Positions 12,591 through 25,790 of a stretch of 64,000 bases of DNA are shown one piece after another. Positions within the stretch are counted from its first letter, which is position 1. Each line of letters opens with the position of its first letter. Source of the stretch: the human T2T-CHM13v2.0 reference genome, Homo sapiens; the NCBI RefSeq assembly GCF_009914755.1, contig NC_060935.1. The stretch is one strand, 5' to 3'. A program made the translations under genes and the position numbers. The notes beneath the pieces were generated by a model that saw only the letters and a list, made by a program, of their open reading frames with translations, made no database searches and was not told the origin of the DNA.

Positions 12591-13796
12591 TTCTGTGAGA
12601 TTCCAAAATGTCTTTGGCATGATGGAATTAGGTCCAGTGCCATTTGAGTTCTTTTTCCATTTTAATTTTTCAAAATCTAGAAATTCATATGATTAAATAG
12701 CTATGTACAGAAGTGAGATTCTATCTAAATCTATCAGATTAGAGAAATGTTCCCTTCCTCTGTTTGGGCTGAATAACAGCATTCATTGCATTAATTTTCT
12801 CAGACTGTCTTTATATTTCTCCTCATAATAATCAATTATTCACAGCAATTTTGATTCATTTGAACTAATCATTATTAGGTCCTGTGGAAGCTTGGCAATT
12901 TAACATTCTCATTTTCGATGAGATTTTTTTTAACAAGAGTGATTAGACTGTATATGATCAAAGTTCCCCAATTGCCTATAACATTACTTTTTTTTCCCCA
13001 TTCTTCAAAGCCACAGGTCATTTTACTCAGTGAGGGTTGAAAAGACTTATTATTCTTAGCATGGGCCAACGGATGCAACTTATTATTTGGATCACATTTT
13101 CTTAGTTACAAAAGACACATCCTTGGTTATTTTAATGTAATCAGAATACTGCAACTTGAAGAGAGGTAAAGTAATAAGATCTAGTCTCATTATCCAGACA
13201 TTTTTGAAAAAGAGGAAAAGAAGTAAACAATTTTGTCCTTATTTTTTTTCTTTCAAAGATGCTAGGCTTCAATTAATTGCCCTGTCTTAAGTCATTCCCT
13301 AGGCTCTGCACAAATTAAGAGTGTCTGAGTGGAAATTAAATACGTAAAATCTTAACAAATGGCAGCTACATTAGTTACTCAGCCACCACATAGACTCTGC
13401 ATACTGAGCAAGGGGAAATTTTCCTGCAACCCAAGATTTACCTTCACATCTAATTAGGTATAAATTGCTGCCTATTTACATTCGATCTATGAATAGTTGT
13501 CAGTCCCAAAGTGTCATGGACTTGAGGTATATTGCAAGAGGCTTATTATGAATCTGTTTCCATGAGAGGTAATGATTTTTTTAAAGTGTGGCCACAGAAC
13601 TTGAGCAGGGCAACGTGATGTGGCAGGAATGATGCTTCCTAGAACATTTTGTAAACTTTTTGTGAAATGAGACAGCAGTAAGGAAATGCAAAGTGATCCA
13701 CAGGGCTTTGGTTGAGGAGAATGGAGGCTCCCACTTTGTGCAACTGTCAATTTCACTTCACAAAGTGAAGTGAAAGAATGGAGGGTATGAGAATCA

Positions 13797-13806
13797 AGAG
13801 AGAGAT

Positions 13807-13836
<30 letters not shown>
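13797..13836. repeat. Imperfect (GA)n microsatellite
   Basis: Seen directly. Confidence 0.9.
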
Positions 13837-13837
<1 letters not shown>

Positions 13838-16686
13838 GGCCCCAGACATAAACTAACAGCTTGATGGGGAGGATGTATTTTCTTGAATAGATTGCATCTC
13901 CTCTACCCCAAAGAAAACCATTGATTGTCAGCTATTACACATAGGTAACTACTCAACATTTTTGCATAATTCTCTGGAATGCAACTTGTAGTGATTGGAT
14001 TAAATAGCGCAAAATGTACAACCTTAGAATTAGAGATAATATAATCAGTTATGTATAGGGCCAAGCCTGTTTTACATTAATTCAAATAAATCTATATCAT
14101 ATCAAGTGTTCTTTTCAATTTAATGTTCCATGGGGATTGTTTTTTTCCACTTTCTGCAGGAATATTATATGCTAAGACAACAATAAATGCTCAGCAGTAC
14201 ACTCATCAATGTTGTTACTTTGGTTAGATTCTCAGTGTCTCTTCCAATGGAAGTATTTCTCCCTGTGGTTCTTCATGTTCACTCAAGTCATAAGGATTCA
14301 TATCAGTCAAGGATTTATAGGCAGCCTGTGCAAGTTCATTCTTTACGACTATAAGCATGTTCCTTCTCAGTTTATAGGCAAAGAGATGATCTATTAAGTG
14401 TTGCTATTGGGAATGATAAATGAATATTTACAATTTACAATAAATAAACCCAAAATACCAACAAGTTTCCCCAAAGATAGAGAAGTTTCTAAAAGTTTCC
14501 ACTTTTCAGCGACTACTGCACATTGTGAAGAAGTAGAGACATTCTAGGTCGAGTTCACTTTAACTAGCTAGGTTTCATGGGCCACTAAAACCCCTAAATA
14601 TTCTAGGTTTTGGTGGAACGTAAGAGAAAGAGAATCAGACAAGCAAATTATAAAACCTGGTTTTGGCACTTATTTACAGAGAAGCCTCAACTCCTTGGAT
14701 ATCCTCATCTGTAAAATGTCTACCTTAGTGTGTTCTTGCAATGATAAAAATCAGAGAATATAACACACCTAGAACACTGCCCACCACAGTAATAATGTTT
14801 TAAATAAATGTTACCTCCCTTATTTTCTTATTTTAATAACAGTTCACAATAGTTTAAAGAGGATCAAAGCAGATAAAATGTGGGCACATAAGCAGTTTAA
14901 CATAAATATTTGCTATTACAATATAGTAAAGGGTGGAATATGAATACTCATATGCTTTTTGTGATTGATAACTCTAAGACATCATGGTGGTTGATTTGAG
15001 TTTCCAAGTGCTATTGAGAAATGAAGTGTTGCGCAAACTTGACCTATGAATCTAGATTTTTTCTAGAACTTCTTTTCTGTCAATTCTACCTAGTACCTTA
15101 TACATTTTGGGACTGTAAGCTTCTGCTGTTGGAGAATAAAATACAACTTTGATCTGGAATATTTTTAATCAAATCGCTTACCTATTTCACCTACAGCCAA
15201 TATCTTTTGAGACACAAGGATATAATAATACTCAAGCCCCTCTGCAGTACTTTTTACTCATAAATACAGCATGTCAGCACAACATAACATGTATATCAAT
15301 ATTCTTCCTTATGTATTAATAGAGCTGTACCAGTAACTAAATAAATACTGAAATACTGCTACACAATTGGTAAAGAGCTACTCACTACCCGGAGCACTTC
15401 AAGGGTCCTCCTATTCCCACTACTCCTTCCCTGAGACCCACTGCATGTCCCCACAATCCATCAACCAAACACATTTGAGCTTACAAATTCTACCCTGGCG
15501 CTAGTCCTGGGGTCTGTTTTTCTTGATCAGTGTGTGTCGTACCTACAATTAAATTGCATCTCTCATTCATCCATGCCAACGTCTTTGTCCTTCTTGCTCC
15601 CCAGCACAGCATAGAAAGACACTCCAATATAGTATAGAAAAAAACCACCAGCTTATCTCCACAACTGCTTTGATTTCTGCTGGCTCCACTTCCTCTCTCA
15701 TTCCACTGACCCTTGACAATCATGCTTCTGATAGAACCCAAAGGTAATCTCCTCTTTTCAGGCCTAAGCTTATCTCTTCTGAGTCACTCTGGATCCTCCT
15801 CTCCTCATACAGGAGAGATGTTAGACCATTATCATACTTTAGTGCCATGACATTGGCCTGCCCTTTGACATCTTCTAGGCTTCCTTTGAGTCTGACTGCT
15901 CTGACTGCAGCCCACTGTAAGCATTCCCAGGCCCACTTCTACAAAGAAGACCGGGTTGATAAGAGGTTTTATCTCAGTGCCACAGCAGGCATCCTGCCTG
16001 GCGGGGTAACACTTAAGAAGTGCTAGATACTTTTTCAATGGGACAGCAGAGAGATTCAAAAAAATGACCTTTGGTGACTTTGCTATTATAGACTATCTTC
16101 TAGAATGAGATAATGCAGGATGGATCATGGTCAATGGTATGAGTCAGTTCTAGACTACAGCTGTTCAAAGTTTATCATGGTTTTATATTTCTTATTCTTT
16201 GGGGGTGTAGATGATGAAGCTCTGTAGAATGGTAAGAATACTTGAGAATAGTGTAAGACCCAAGGCTGAATGTCTCCGTTCCAATTCTCCATCTTCCCCT
16301 CCAACTGACCCAATAACTAAAGAAGTTCCACTTGACCAAGTTTTACCCCAGCTCTCTCACCTGCCTTCTGCCTTATTCCTTGTCAACTTTCTTGATTTTC
16401 TCATTCACATGGCTTCTGATCTTTTTATTTTGTCTCTATTTTACCCGCTCCTTCAAATTTGGTAATTGATATAGTTTCTCCCACATAAATCATTTCCCCC
16501 AGGTTTTCAGAACAGAGATCCAAATTTTCTCTATGATTTTATCCAATTTCTGTGACTCTTGGAAACTATGAAGCCCTCTTTTGCTTTCCATTTATTCCAC
16601 TGGTTTCTGTATGACTATAACACAACAAAATATGGAATTGCTTGTATGTATTATAGAATTAATCAGCATCAAAAAAATGAATATAG

Positions 16687-16990
16687 GGCTGGCACAGTGG
16701 CTCACACCTATAATGCCAGAACTTTGGGAGGCTAAGGCAAGAGGATCGCTTGAGGCCAGGAGTTCAGAAACAGCCAGGGCAAGATAGTGAGACCTCATCT
16801 CTACAGAAATCTTATAAAATTATCTCAGCATGCCTATATGTGCCTGCAGTCCTAGCTGCTAAGAAGGCTGAGGTGAGATGATTGCTTGAGCCTAGGAGTT
16901 CGAGGCTGCAGTAAACTATGACTGTGCTACTGCACTCCAGCCTGGGTAGCAGACAGAGGTCTCATTTCTATAAATAAGCACAAATAAATA
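16687..16990 (+). mobile_element. Alu SINE (diverged AluJ)
   Basis: Dimeric Alu with AluJ-type GCTTGAGCCTAGGAGTTCGAGGCTGCAGT. Confidence 0.9.
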
Positions 16991-17824
16991 ACAATTATTT
17001 AATTTATGTAAATTAATCTTTTCCATTTTAATAAATAAACAATTTATAAATATTCTTTCAGGGTATGGGGAAAAGCCACAGAACCTTGACTTCTAGGTAT
17101 GTCCTTTAGTTGGTCCATTAAGCATTGTGTATGAAGGATGATATTTCTCTTTTTCAAGTGACTAGACTTCCATGGCAAATCAATTCTAGTATCGAGCCTC
17201 TTGCTAAGGCAGCATCTAGAGCCTTCGGCCAGAAACTTCAAACTTAAGAAGAGTGGAGGGATCTTTCGTGCTCTGCAACAGAAGTTCAGTGCCATTGAAC
17301 TATGGAAACACGGGGTTTTTAGGTCCTCTTATGAGGAAATGCCTTCCTATCACTGGTTCTGTTTTTGCCCTTGCTGTGATTTTATATGCAAAGTAGCTAT
17401 TCAGCAGACACAGTCAAATACCTTAAATGTCTATCAGTCACTTTATCAGAAACACGGACCAAGAAAATATAATAGAAAATATGGAAACAGGCCAAAGTAC
17501 ATGTGGTAATTTAATATTATAAAGAATATAATCTCAAATTAAGGATGAGGAAAGAGAACATTTTAAGAAATTGTATTAGAACAAAGAGATAGTCATTTGA
17601 GAAAAAAAGATACATTTGAATTTTATACCACACACATTGTACCATATGCTGGGTAAATGCAAATTGATCAGAAATCTAAATGTAAAAACAAAACCATACA
17701 AAAAGTGAAAAAAATCAGTGTATTAGTTTTACAATATTGAAGTGATGAAACCTAAATTTGATCTAGAAATAATTATAAGAAACATGAATATATTATACTA
17801 TCTATTTTTTTAACTTTTCTTGGT

Positions 17825-18959
17825 AAACCTAAAACTCTAAAAATCTTGAAAGACAACCCAGGTAATATCATTCAGGACATAGGCACAGGCAAAGATTTAA
17901 TGATGAAAACGCCAAAAGCAATTGCAACAAAAGCAAAAAATGACAAATGAGATCTAATTAAACTAAACAGCTTCTGCACAGCACAAGAAACTATCAACAG
18001 AGGAAACAAACAGTCTACAGGATGGGAGAAAATTTCTGCAAACCATGCATCTGACAAAAGTCCACTCTTCAGCAGCTATTAGGAACTTAAACAAATTTAC
18101 AAGAAAAAAGATAACCTTATTAAAAAGTGGGGAAAGGACATGAACAGACACTTTTCAAAAGAAGTCATACATGCGGCCAACAATGATATGAAAAAACAGC
18201 TTAACATCACTGATCATTAGAGAAATGCAAATCAAAACTACAATGAGACACCATTTCATACCAGTCAGAATGGCTATCATTAAAGGGTCAAAAAATAGCA
18301 GGTGCTGGTGAGGTTGTGGAGAAAACGGAATGCCTAAACACTGTTGGTGGTAGCATAAATTAGTTCAACCGTTGTGGAAGACAGTGTGGCAATTCCTTAA
18401 AGATCTAGAAGCAGAAATACCATTCAACCCAGCTATACCATTGCTGGGTATACACCTAAAGGAATATAAATCATGCTATTATAAAGACGAATGCATGCAT
18501 ATGTTCATTGCAGCACTATTCACCATAGCAAAGACATGGAATCAACCTAAATGCCCATCAATGGTAGACTGGATAAAGAAAATGTGGTACATATACACCA
18601 TGGAATAGTATGCAGCCATAAAAAAGAACAAGGTTATGTCCTTTGCAGGAACATGGATGGAGCTGAAGGCTATTATGCTTAGCAAAATAATACAAGAACA
18701 GAAAACCAAATACCACATGTTCTCACTTATAAGTGGGAGCTAAATGATGAGAACATATGGACATATAGAGGAAAATAACACACACTGGGGCCTTTTGGAG
18801 GGTGGAGGCTGGGAGGAGGGAGAGTATCAGATAAAATAACAAATGGGTACTAGGCTCAATACCTGGGTGATGAAATAATCTGTACAACAAACCCCCATGA
18901 CACAAGTTTACCTATGTAACAAACCTGCACAGGTACTGAACTTAAAAGTTAAAAAAAAT
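17825..18959 (+). mobile_element. 5'-truncated L1PA (approx. L1PA13-16): ORF2 C-terminus and 3'UTR
   Basis: Supplied ORF 18372-18608 ([26 protein letters not shown]...WIKKMWYIYTME) matches the L1 ORF2 C-terminus; 3'UTR GGGTACTAGGCTCAATACCTGGGTGATG; A tail. Confidence 0.92.
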
Positions 18960-19791
18960 AGGCAAAGGACATGAATAGACATTTCTCAAAAAAAGTCATA
19001 CCAGTTGCCAACAAACATATGACAAAATGCTCATCATTACTAATCATCAGAGAAATGGACATCAAAACCACAATGAGATGCCATTTCACACCAGATGGAA
19101 TAGCAATTATTAGAAAATAAAAAATAAAAATAAAAGATGCTAGAGAGGCTGCGGAGGAAAGGGAATCTTTTTACACTGTTGGTGGGAATGTAAATTAGTT
19201 CAACCACTGTGGAAAGCAGTTTGGAGATTTCACAAATAATTTAAAGCTACCATTTGACCCAGAAATCCCATTACTTTGTATATATACCCAAAGGAGACTA
19301 AGTCATTCTACCAAAAAGACACATGTACTTGTACGTTCATCACCATGCTATTCATAATAGCAAAGATATGGAATCAACCTAGGTGCTCATCACTGGTAGA
19401 TTGGCTAAAGAAGATGTGGTACATATCCATCATGGAGTACAATGCAGCCATATGAAGGACAAAATTCTATCCCTTGTCACAATATGGACACAGTTGTGGA
19501 TACAAGAACCGAAAACCAAATACTTCATGCTCTCATTTGTAAGAGGGAGCTAAACATTGAGCACCCATGGACATAAACATGGAAAGAAAAGACACTGCAG
19601 ACTACTAGAAGGGGGAAGGGGAGGATGGGATGAAAAACTACCTATTGGGTAGTATGCTGCCTCTCCAGTTGACAAGATTATTCATATGCCAAACTTCAGC
19701 ATCATGCAATGTACTCATATAACCAACTTGCACATGTATTCCCTGTATCTAAAATAAAAGTTTGAAGAAAAAAAAAACAAAACAAAAGAAA
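18960..19791 (+). mobile_element. Second L1 3' end (L1PB-like), directly behind the first
   Basis: Repeats the ORF2 C-terminal sequence, then a different 3'UTR (AAAACTACCTATTGGGTAGTATGCT...TCTAAAATAAAAGTT) and an A tail. Confidence 0.88.
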
Positions 19792-19849
19792 CAGATGGCC
19801 TCATCACATTGACCAGCCTCCCCCTAACATCCTTCAGCACTTTTCACTA

Positions 19850-19979
19850 GCTCACTTAGTCCTCAAACTTCTGCTACTTTTTGTTTGAGGGTAGTTGAAT
19901 TGAATATCCATATTGCAATAGCCATGAATAAAGTTTTCCTTTCCTGTTTAATCCTGTCCTATGTAATTTTTCTTTGACA
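19850..19979 (+). mobile_element. ERV1-type LTR 3' fragment (MER31/MER67-like)
   Basis: ATTGCAATAGCCATGAATAAAGTTTTCC...TTTTTCTTTGACA resembles an LTR R/U5 end. Confidence 0.4.
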
Positions 19980-21249
19980 ATAAATACCATCTTGCTAAGA
20001 ACAGATCATTCATGATTGAGACTTAAATTCCAAGGTTCCAAGAAGGAAACATTAAGAGCACACTGTCTTATTTCAACACTACCTGTGACATTTTTATAGC
20101 CAGACTGGGCAGTTATTTAATGATGAGGACCTACTTCAACAATTGACCTTAATAATAGAAATGTGTTTAGGAAGACATCATGGCTTGCTAATAGATCTTC
20201 CTTATCTATGTTTTTATCAGTCAGCATTTTCAGTTTTTCAGTTGTGTCATGTGGGGAAAATAAATTGCCAGTCTTCTGCATATGATCATATACCCTCATG
20301 CCCCACCTCCATAGGAGTCCAGTAAAATCAATTTTCTATGTTTTCCATTTTTCTCTGAAGCATGTCTGGCTGGTTACTTCAGCAGATGAACAGGCACACC
20401 TGAGGGACAACTGGTTGTGTGGCTCTTGCTCAACCTATCACTTTGATACTAACACTGAGGAAAAAGATCCCAGATGCCAGAAACATTTATAGACAGATGG
20501 TTGTCCCTAGTTTTCATTTGCATCTCTTTGTTCTCATCATCAAAGACACCAGGATAACTGTAGCCATAAAGGAGGTACTTCTACTTGCTCATTATGTGCT
20601 TCTTCCCAGGGTAGCATCATAGCTACATCTTGCTAAATTGCAAAAACTCTGATTTAAAGCACTGCCCTGGGCAAATCCCTTATCCAGCCTCAGGTGAAAC
20701 TGAGCCTCCCATTTCTTAGAGGTTTCTTCATGTGCTTTGTATGAAGAAGCCTTGAAACAGAAGTAAGCTCTGTGCACTCACTAGCAACACAGGGGAGATG
20801 GAATAATGATCTCTCCTTAATCAAGACTGATGGGAACTTTGATTAGACCCACTTTCCCACAAGAAAAAGCCACATTAGACATGTTTGTCTGAAGTGAAGA
20901 CTGAAAAAAAAAGCTGTTTATTAAATCATAGATGACTGATAATCTCTTTTCTAGCATTATATTATTAATGTGAATTGGTAGAATTTGAAATCTACAGCAA
21001 TTTCAGAGTGCAGAATGAAGGCTGGGAGTGTTGGCCTCAATTTGAGCAAGAGAATTTTAATAGTTAAAATGCACAGAACAAGGTGCTTTGGGAGAGGATG
21101 AGGTTATTACAAAGTGAATTCATGCGTGAAAGAACCAGTGCCATCCGTACCATTTCTGAAACTATTTGATTCTTTTAAAATTCCAACAAAAGTAAATTGA
21201 AGCCATGAATGAAGTGCACCCAGAATCTCCACAGATTCTACTGAATTTT

Positions 21250-22310
21250 TTGAAGGCTTTCCCTTTAGTAAATTTGAAAAGGGCTTGTATAGATTGCCAT
21301 TATTTTTCTGTATACAGGTTGTACCAAATTACACTTCCCTTAGTGAATTATGAGAAGGCCTGTTTCCCTACAGTGTGGCAATCCACAGTATACAATCAAG
21401 CTTTTTGACCTCTGCCAATCTGAGAGGTAACTATGAAAACTCTGTGCCATTTTAGTTTACATTCCTTTTATGAAGTGTGAGGTTGAAAAGATTTTGTGTG
21501 TTTAAGCAAGAGTCATATTTCCTCTACTGTGAACTGTTGGTTCATATCTTTTGCTTATTTGCTTCCTGAACTCTTGGCTTATTTCTTACAGGGTTTAGAA
21601 CCATTGTCTGTGATATGATTAGCAAATGCTCCCCAGAGTTCTGAGACTGTCTTATGGATTTATTGTGTTTTTCCAATATAAATTTCAGAAAACTTTTTAG
21701 TGGAATTTATCTATGTTTTTTCTTACTTTTCTTCACCTCTGGACATCGTGTTATACTATGGAAAATATTTTAAAAGTTGACCAATCTTTTTAGTGTTTAT
21801 ATTTCATGTTTAAGTCTGGAGTCACTTAGATGTGAACTATGGATTAAACTTCATTCTTTTCCAGGTGCCTACATATTCCAACAACATTTATTGAATAATC
21901 TATCAGTTCCTCACCAATATGAAATGTCATATTTACCTTATACTTAAAATCTCATGTATAGTTGATTATGTTTCTTAAATGTATGTGGTATTTTACTGCT
22001 TGGTCTATACACATGACAACACTATACTGTTTTAATTATTTTAGCTTTATAGCATTTTAACATCTAGTAGTAATAAACTTCCCCATGAATCAAATAATCT
22101 CTTGTATATTAATTTTTTCATATAAAATTTATCCAGTAAGAAAACAATGGATGAAATTTGTATTGATACTATATTCAATTTATAGAATGAATAGGTGAAT
22201 ATGAATTGTTAGCATTATTAATATGAGAGCTTCCATGAATACAGTATTTCTTTTTGTTTGTATTTTGGGTCTTCTGGTAGTTTTCTTCATTTTCTCAAGT
22301 AGAATGAACT
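21250..22310 (-). mobile_element. Highly diverged L1M fragment
   Basis: T-rich antisense L1 motifs (GTGAGGTTGA, CCAACAACATTTATTGAATAATC, TTATTTTAGCTTTATAG); edges approximate. Confidence 0.55.
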
Positions 22311-23299
22311 CTTTTCCATGTATGTGTTCACATCACTTCATTCAGACTCTTTCTCTACTATAACCTGTCCACTTTCTGTTACAGCTTATATTGTTGTTGA
22401 TGATTTATTGTTTTACTTTCTCATCCAACACCTTTGTATCCTGAATGTCCAACCCATAGTTGACACTCAAATGCCTGTTATCTGCTTAACTGGCCTCTTT
22501 TGCAGCCTATGCCTGCTTTCCTGTTTCACCAAAAATCAATACTAGATCCTATAAAAGTCCCTTATGTATATTTCCATTGTGCACTTGAGCCAGGAGGGCA
22601 ACATGTGAGGATGGGGTCCTGTACTCTTGGTTTTGTTTCTGGCTCACTCTAGAATTAAACAAAGCAAAATATCTTATCTGTAGACTCTGGTGTTTATGCC
22701 ACAGACCACTGGTTGTTCAAATATTAGAAAAACCAATATTTGATTTTGCTTCATTCTCTTCTGTATTGGCTCAATATTCTTCTGAGGCATTATTACCACC
22801 TTGCCAAATGTTAAATTCAGAGACCAAGAAATGAAGACAGCATCCTTTAAATAAGTTACTTTCTACAAGACACACATGGAGGCAATGGAAGGGGAAGACT
22901 TTTGAAAACTGAAAAACTAGAACTTACTTCTTTCTTGTCTCTGAATAGAGATGGTATTTTTCCGTGCTCACAGATAGATGAGAAATGCATGGATTTTAAT
23001 GTCTTATTTATACTTTAAAAATTTCTACCAGAATTATGATTTTCTCTTTAACTAAACTTTTTAACATAGTCTCAAAATCAGATCCCCATATATTCCAGAT
23101 GTGCTTATAGATATTTGCAATTAGATTTTGTCATTTAATATTCATAATTTTGTTAATTAAGAACTATTCTCAACACTTAAAGATGAATAAGCAAAGAGTC
23201 AGAGAGACTAAAATAATTATCCTTCCTATGTTATACATCGCTACATTTTAGAATCCTGAGTGAAACCTAGAGTTAATTCTCTTTCTTAAAAAATATTTT

Positions 23300-24256
23300 A
23301 ATATTTCTAAAATGGTCCTTGCTATACACTGAATATTCATGCTCCCTCCAATTTATATGTTGAAATTTTAACCTCTAATATGATGGTATTAGAAAGTGAG
23401 GCAATTGGGAGGTAATTAGGTCATAAGAACTGAACCCTTATTCATGGAACTAATGGCTCTATAAAAAGACATAAGAAAGCCTGCTTTCTCTCTCAGCTTT
23501 CTACCATGTGAGGATACAATGAGAAAACAGCTGTCTGCAACCCGAAAGAAGGCCCTTACCAGGACATGATCATGCCAGCACCCTGATGTCTGACTTCCAG
23601 CCTCTAGAACTGTGAGAAATAAATATCTGTTTCTTTGTAAGCCATCCATCCAGTCTATGATATTCTGTTATAGCAGCCTGAAGTAAGATAGTCCTCAGTG
23701 ACCCCTGCCTCTTGGTATTCCAGTCTTTGTGTAATCCCCTCCTCTTGAGTGAAAACTACATCTTGTGACATTCTTCTAATTAATAAAATGCAGAAAATGC
23801 AATGGAATGTCATTTCCTTGATTAGGTTCCAAAACATTTTGACTTCTGTATTACTGGTAATTTTTCTATCTTGTTGTCACTCTCACTTGCTTGCTTTCTT
23901 GCTTGCTTGTTCTGACTTGAATGTTATATGGAAAGGCAGGTGGGGCAGGAGTGGAAGGAGTCCACTAGCCAACAACAAGTGAGAAGTTAACTCCTTAATT
24001 CAACACTCTTTAAGAAGGTGAATTTTGCCAACAACCATTTAAGTAAGCTAAAAAGGAGATTCTTCCCAGTTGACCCTTGAGACGACTATTATCCTAGCCA
24101 ACACCTTGATGCAGCCTAATGAGAGACCTTGAAGTAGAAGCCCCAGATAAGCCATGACCAGATTCTAAACACACAGAAACCGAGGTAACAAAATGATGTA
24201 GTTTTAAGTTACTGATTTTGGGGTCATTTGTTATATAGCAATAGATAACTAATATG
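23300..24256 (+). mobile_element. MLT1F/G-like MaLR LTR, interrupted by a younger LTR
   Basis: TTCTAAAATGGTCCT|CAGTGACCCCTGCCTCTTGGTATTC...TTTGTTATATAGCAATAGATAACTAATA. Confidence 0.75.
23320..23690 (+). mobile_element. MLT1A/MSTD-like solo LTR nested in the MLT1F/G-like LTR
   Basis: TGCTAT...TGTTATAGCAGCCTGAAGTAAGATA; exact 5-bp TSD GTCCT at 23315-23319 and 23691-23695. Confidence 0.88.
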
Positions 24257-24267
24257 CACCTAGTCTC

Positions 24268-24782
24268 TGTTCTAATTATCTACAGTTGTATAGCAAATTA
24301 TTCCAAAATCTTAGTGGCTTAATAAACAACCATCACTTATTTTGCTCCAGAATTTTCAGTGTGGGTGGGTCTCATGGAGGTGGACTTTTGTCTGCTCCAC
24401 AATGTCTGGGGCATCAACTCTAATGATTAGGTTTTCTGACGGTGGGAGTAGCTGGCCGCTTGCTGAGCATCTCTCTCTTTATGTAGTGTCATGATCTCTT
24501 CATGTGGCTTCTCCATCTAGTGTCTCCAGAGTAGTGGCCTCAAAGTAATCACATTCTTAATTTGGGAGCCAAGGGTACCCAGAGAAAGTTTTGTAAGAAA
24601 TCATACCAAAAACTACAAAGCTTCTTATAATCTCTTATGAGTCCCAGAAGTCACAGTGTCACTTCTGCCATATGCTATGGGTCACACAGAGCTAACCACA
24701 ACCTCTGTGAGAGAAACCTACACAAAGTGTGAATACTGGGAGATGAAAATATCTGGGGACTATCTTGGAGTTTGCTACCAAA
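24268..24782 (-). mobile_element. MLT1H-like MaLR LTR
   Basis: CCAAAATCTTAGTGGCTTAA...GTCACTTCTGCCATATGCTATGGGTCACA...CAAAGTGTGAATACTGGGAG...TTGGAGTTTGCTACCA. Confidence 0.7.
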
Positions 24783-25544
24783 CTGCTCTATATTTGTGTC
24801 TCTTCCTCATCTCATCAAATGTTACGAAATGCTTTAAAAGAAAAGAGGCTTGCCAGTTGGAGAGCTGTGCTGCTTACTCTCTGTTTTTTAGCTTTTACCT
24901 AAAACACTTAACCTGTATGTACTCTAGTTTCCTGATGCATACAATTAGAGTAAATATCTATGCTCTAATTACGTTGTGATACAATTGAGTAGGGTAAAAA
25001 AAAAAAATGTGAACTCTCAAGTAGAGTGCTAGCACATACTAGGTGCTCCAGGCATAGTGGATAACATTCCTACTTTTCTAATTCTTATATCATCCCTAGC
25101 CCCATTTTTCCTAATCCTCTTTGCTAGGGCTTTCCACATCCTGCCCTCTGTTATAGTTGTTTATATACATTTATTATCTTGCTTAATGAATTGTAAAAAT
25201 ACTTTAGAGTCAGGCTTTACAATTCCATTAACTTAGCACCTGGTAGGTGCTTAATAAAAAAGCATTGATTAAATGTTCACTACTTACCCTTTGCACTATT
25301 CATCTAGCATTATTTATTCATTGTCTTGTCCTCCCGTGAAGGATAAGCATTTAGTGGAAGTGATCATGCCTTGTAAGTAACTCTTAAAGTCTCCATCAAC
25401 AGCCCCTAGGCCTTGTTCAAAGTGTTCGTTAATGGAAGTCTATAAAACAAATTTTAATATCTACTGTCTATTAACACATTCACTTATTCCTTTGACAGGA
25501 ACTTTCCTCGTTCTGGCAGGAAGCAGCAGGGAAAAGTGGGAAAA

Positions 25545-25790
25545 GACAGTAGAATAGAGGTTAGGCACTCATACATGGTGGCCGGACCACCTGGTTTTGA
25601 ACAAGATTCAGGCAGTTACTACATATAGACCTTAGAAATAACTTATTATCTGTAAGCCTTCTTGTGTCATTTGTAAAATGGAGAAAATAGTTTTTCCTTA
25701 TAGGGCAGTTTTGGGAATAAAATGGGATAATGTGTATGTAACATGCAGCACAATGCTTATACAAAGTAAGTGCTTAGTAAACCTTCACTT
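25545..25790 (+). mobile_element. MIR SINE
   Basis: CATTTGTAAAATGGAGAAAATA...AAATGGGATAATGTGT...AGTAAGTGCT core. Confidence 0.6.

Noticed and set aside
17201-17509. 102-aa ORF with protein-like composition
   Set aside because: Non-ATG start, no recognisable family, no convincing splice sites, and it runs into old L1 sequence
18372-18608. Protein-like ORF, also 44920-45132
   Set aside because: C-terminal remnants of L1 ORF2 in truncated elements, not host genes
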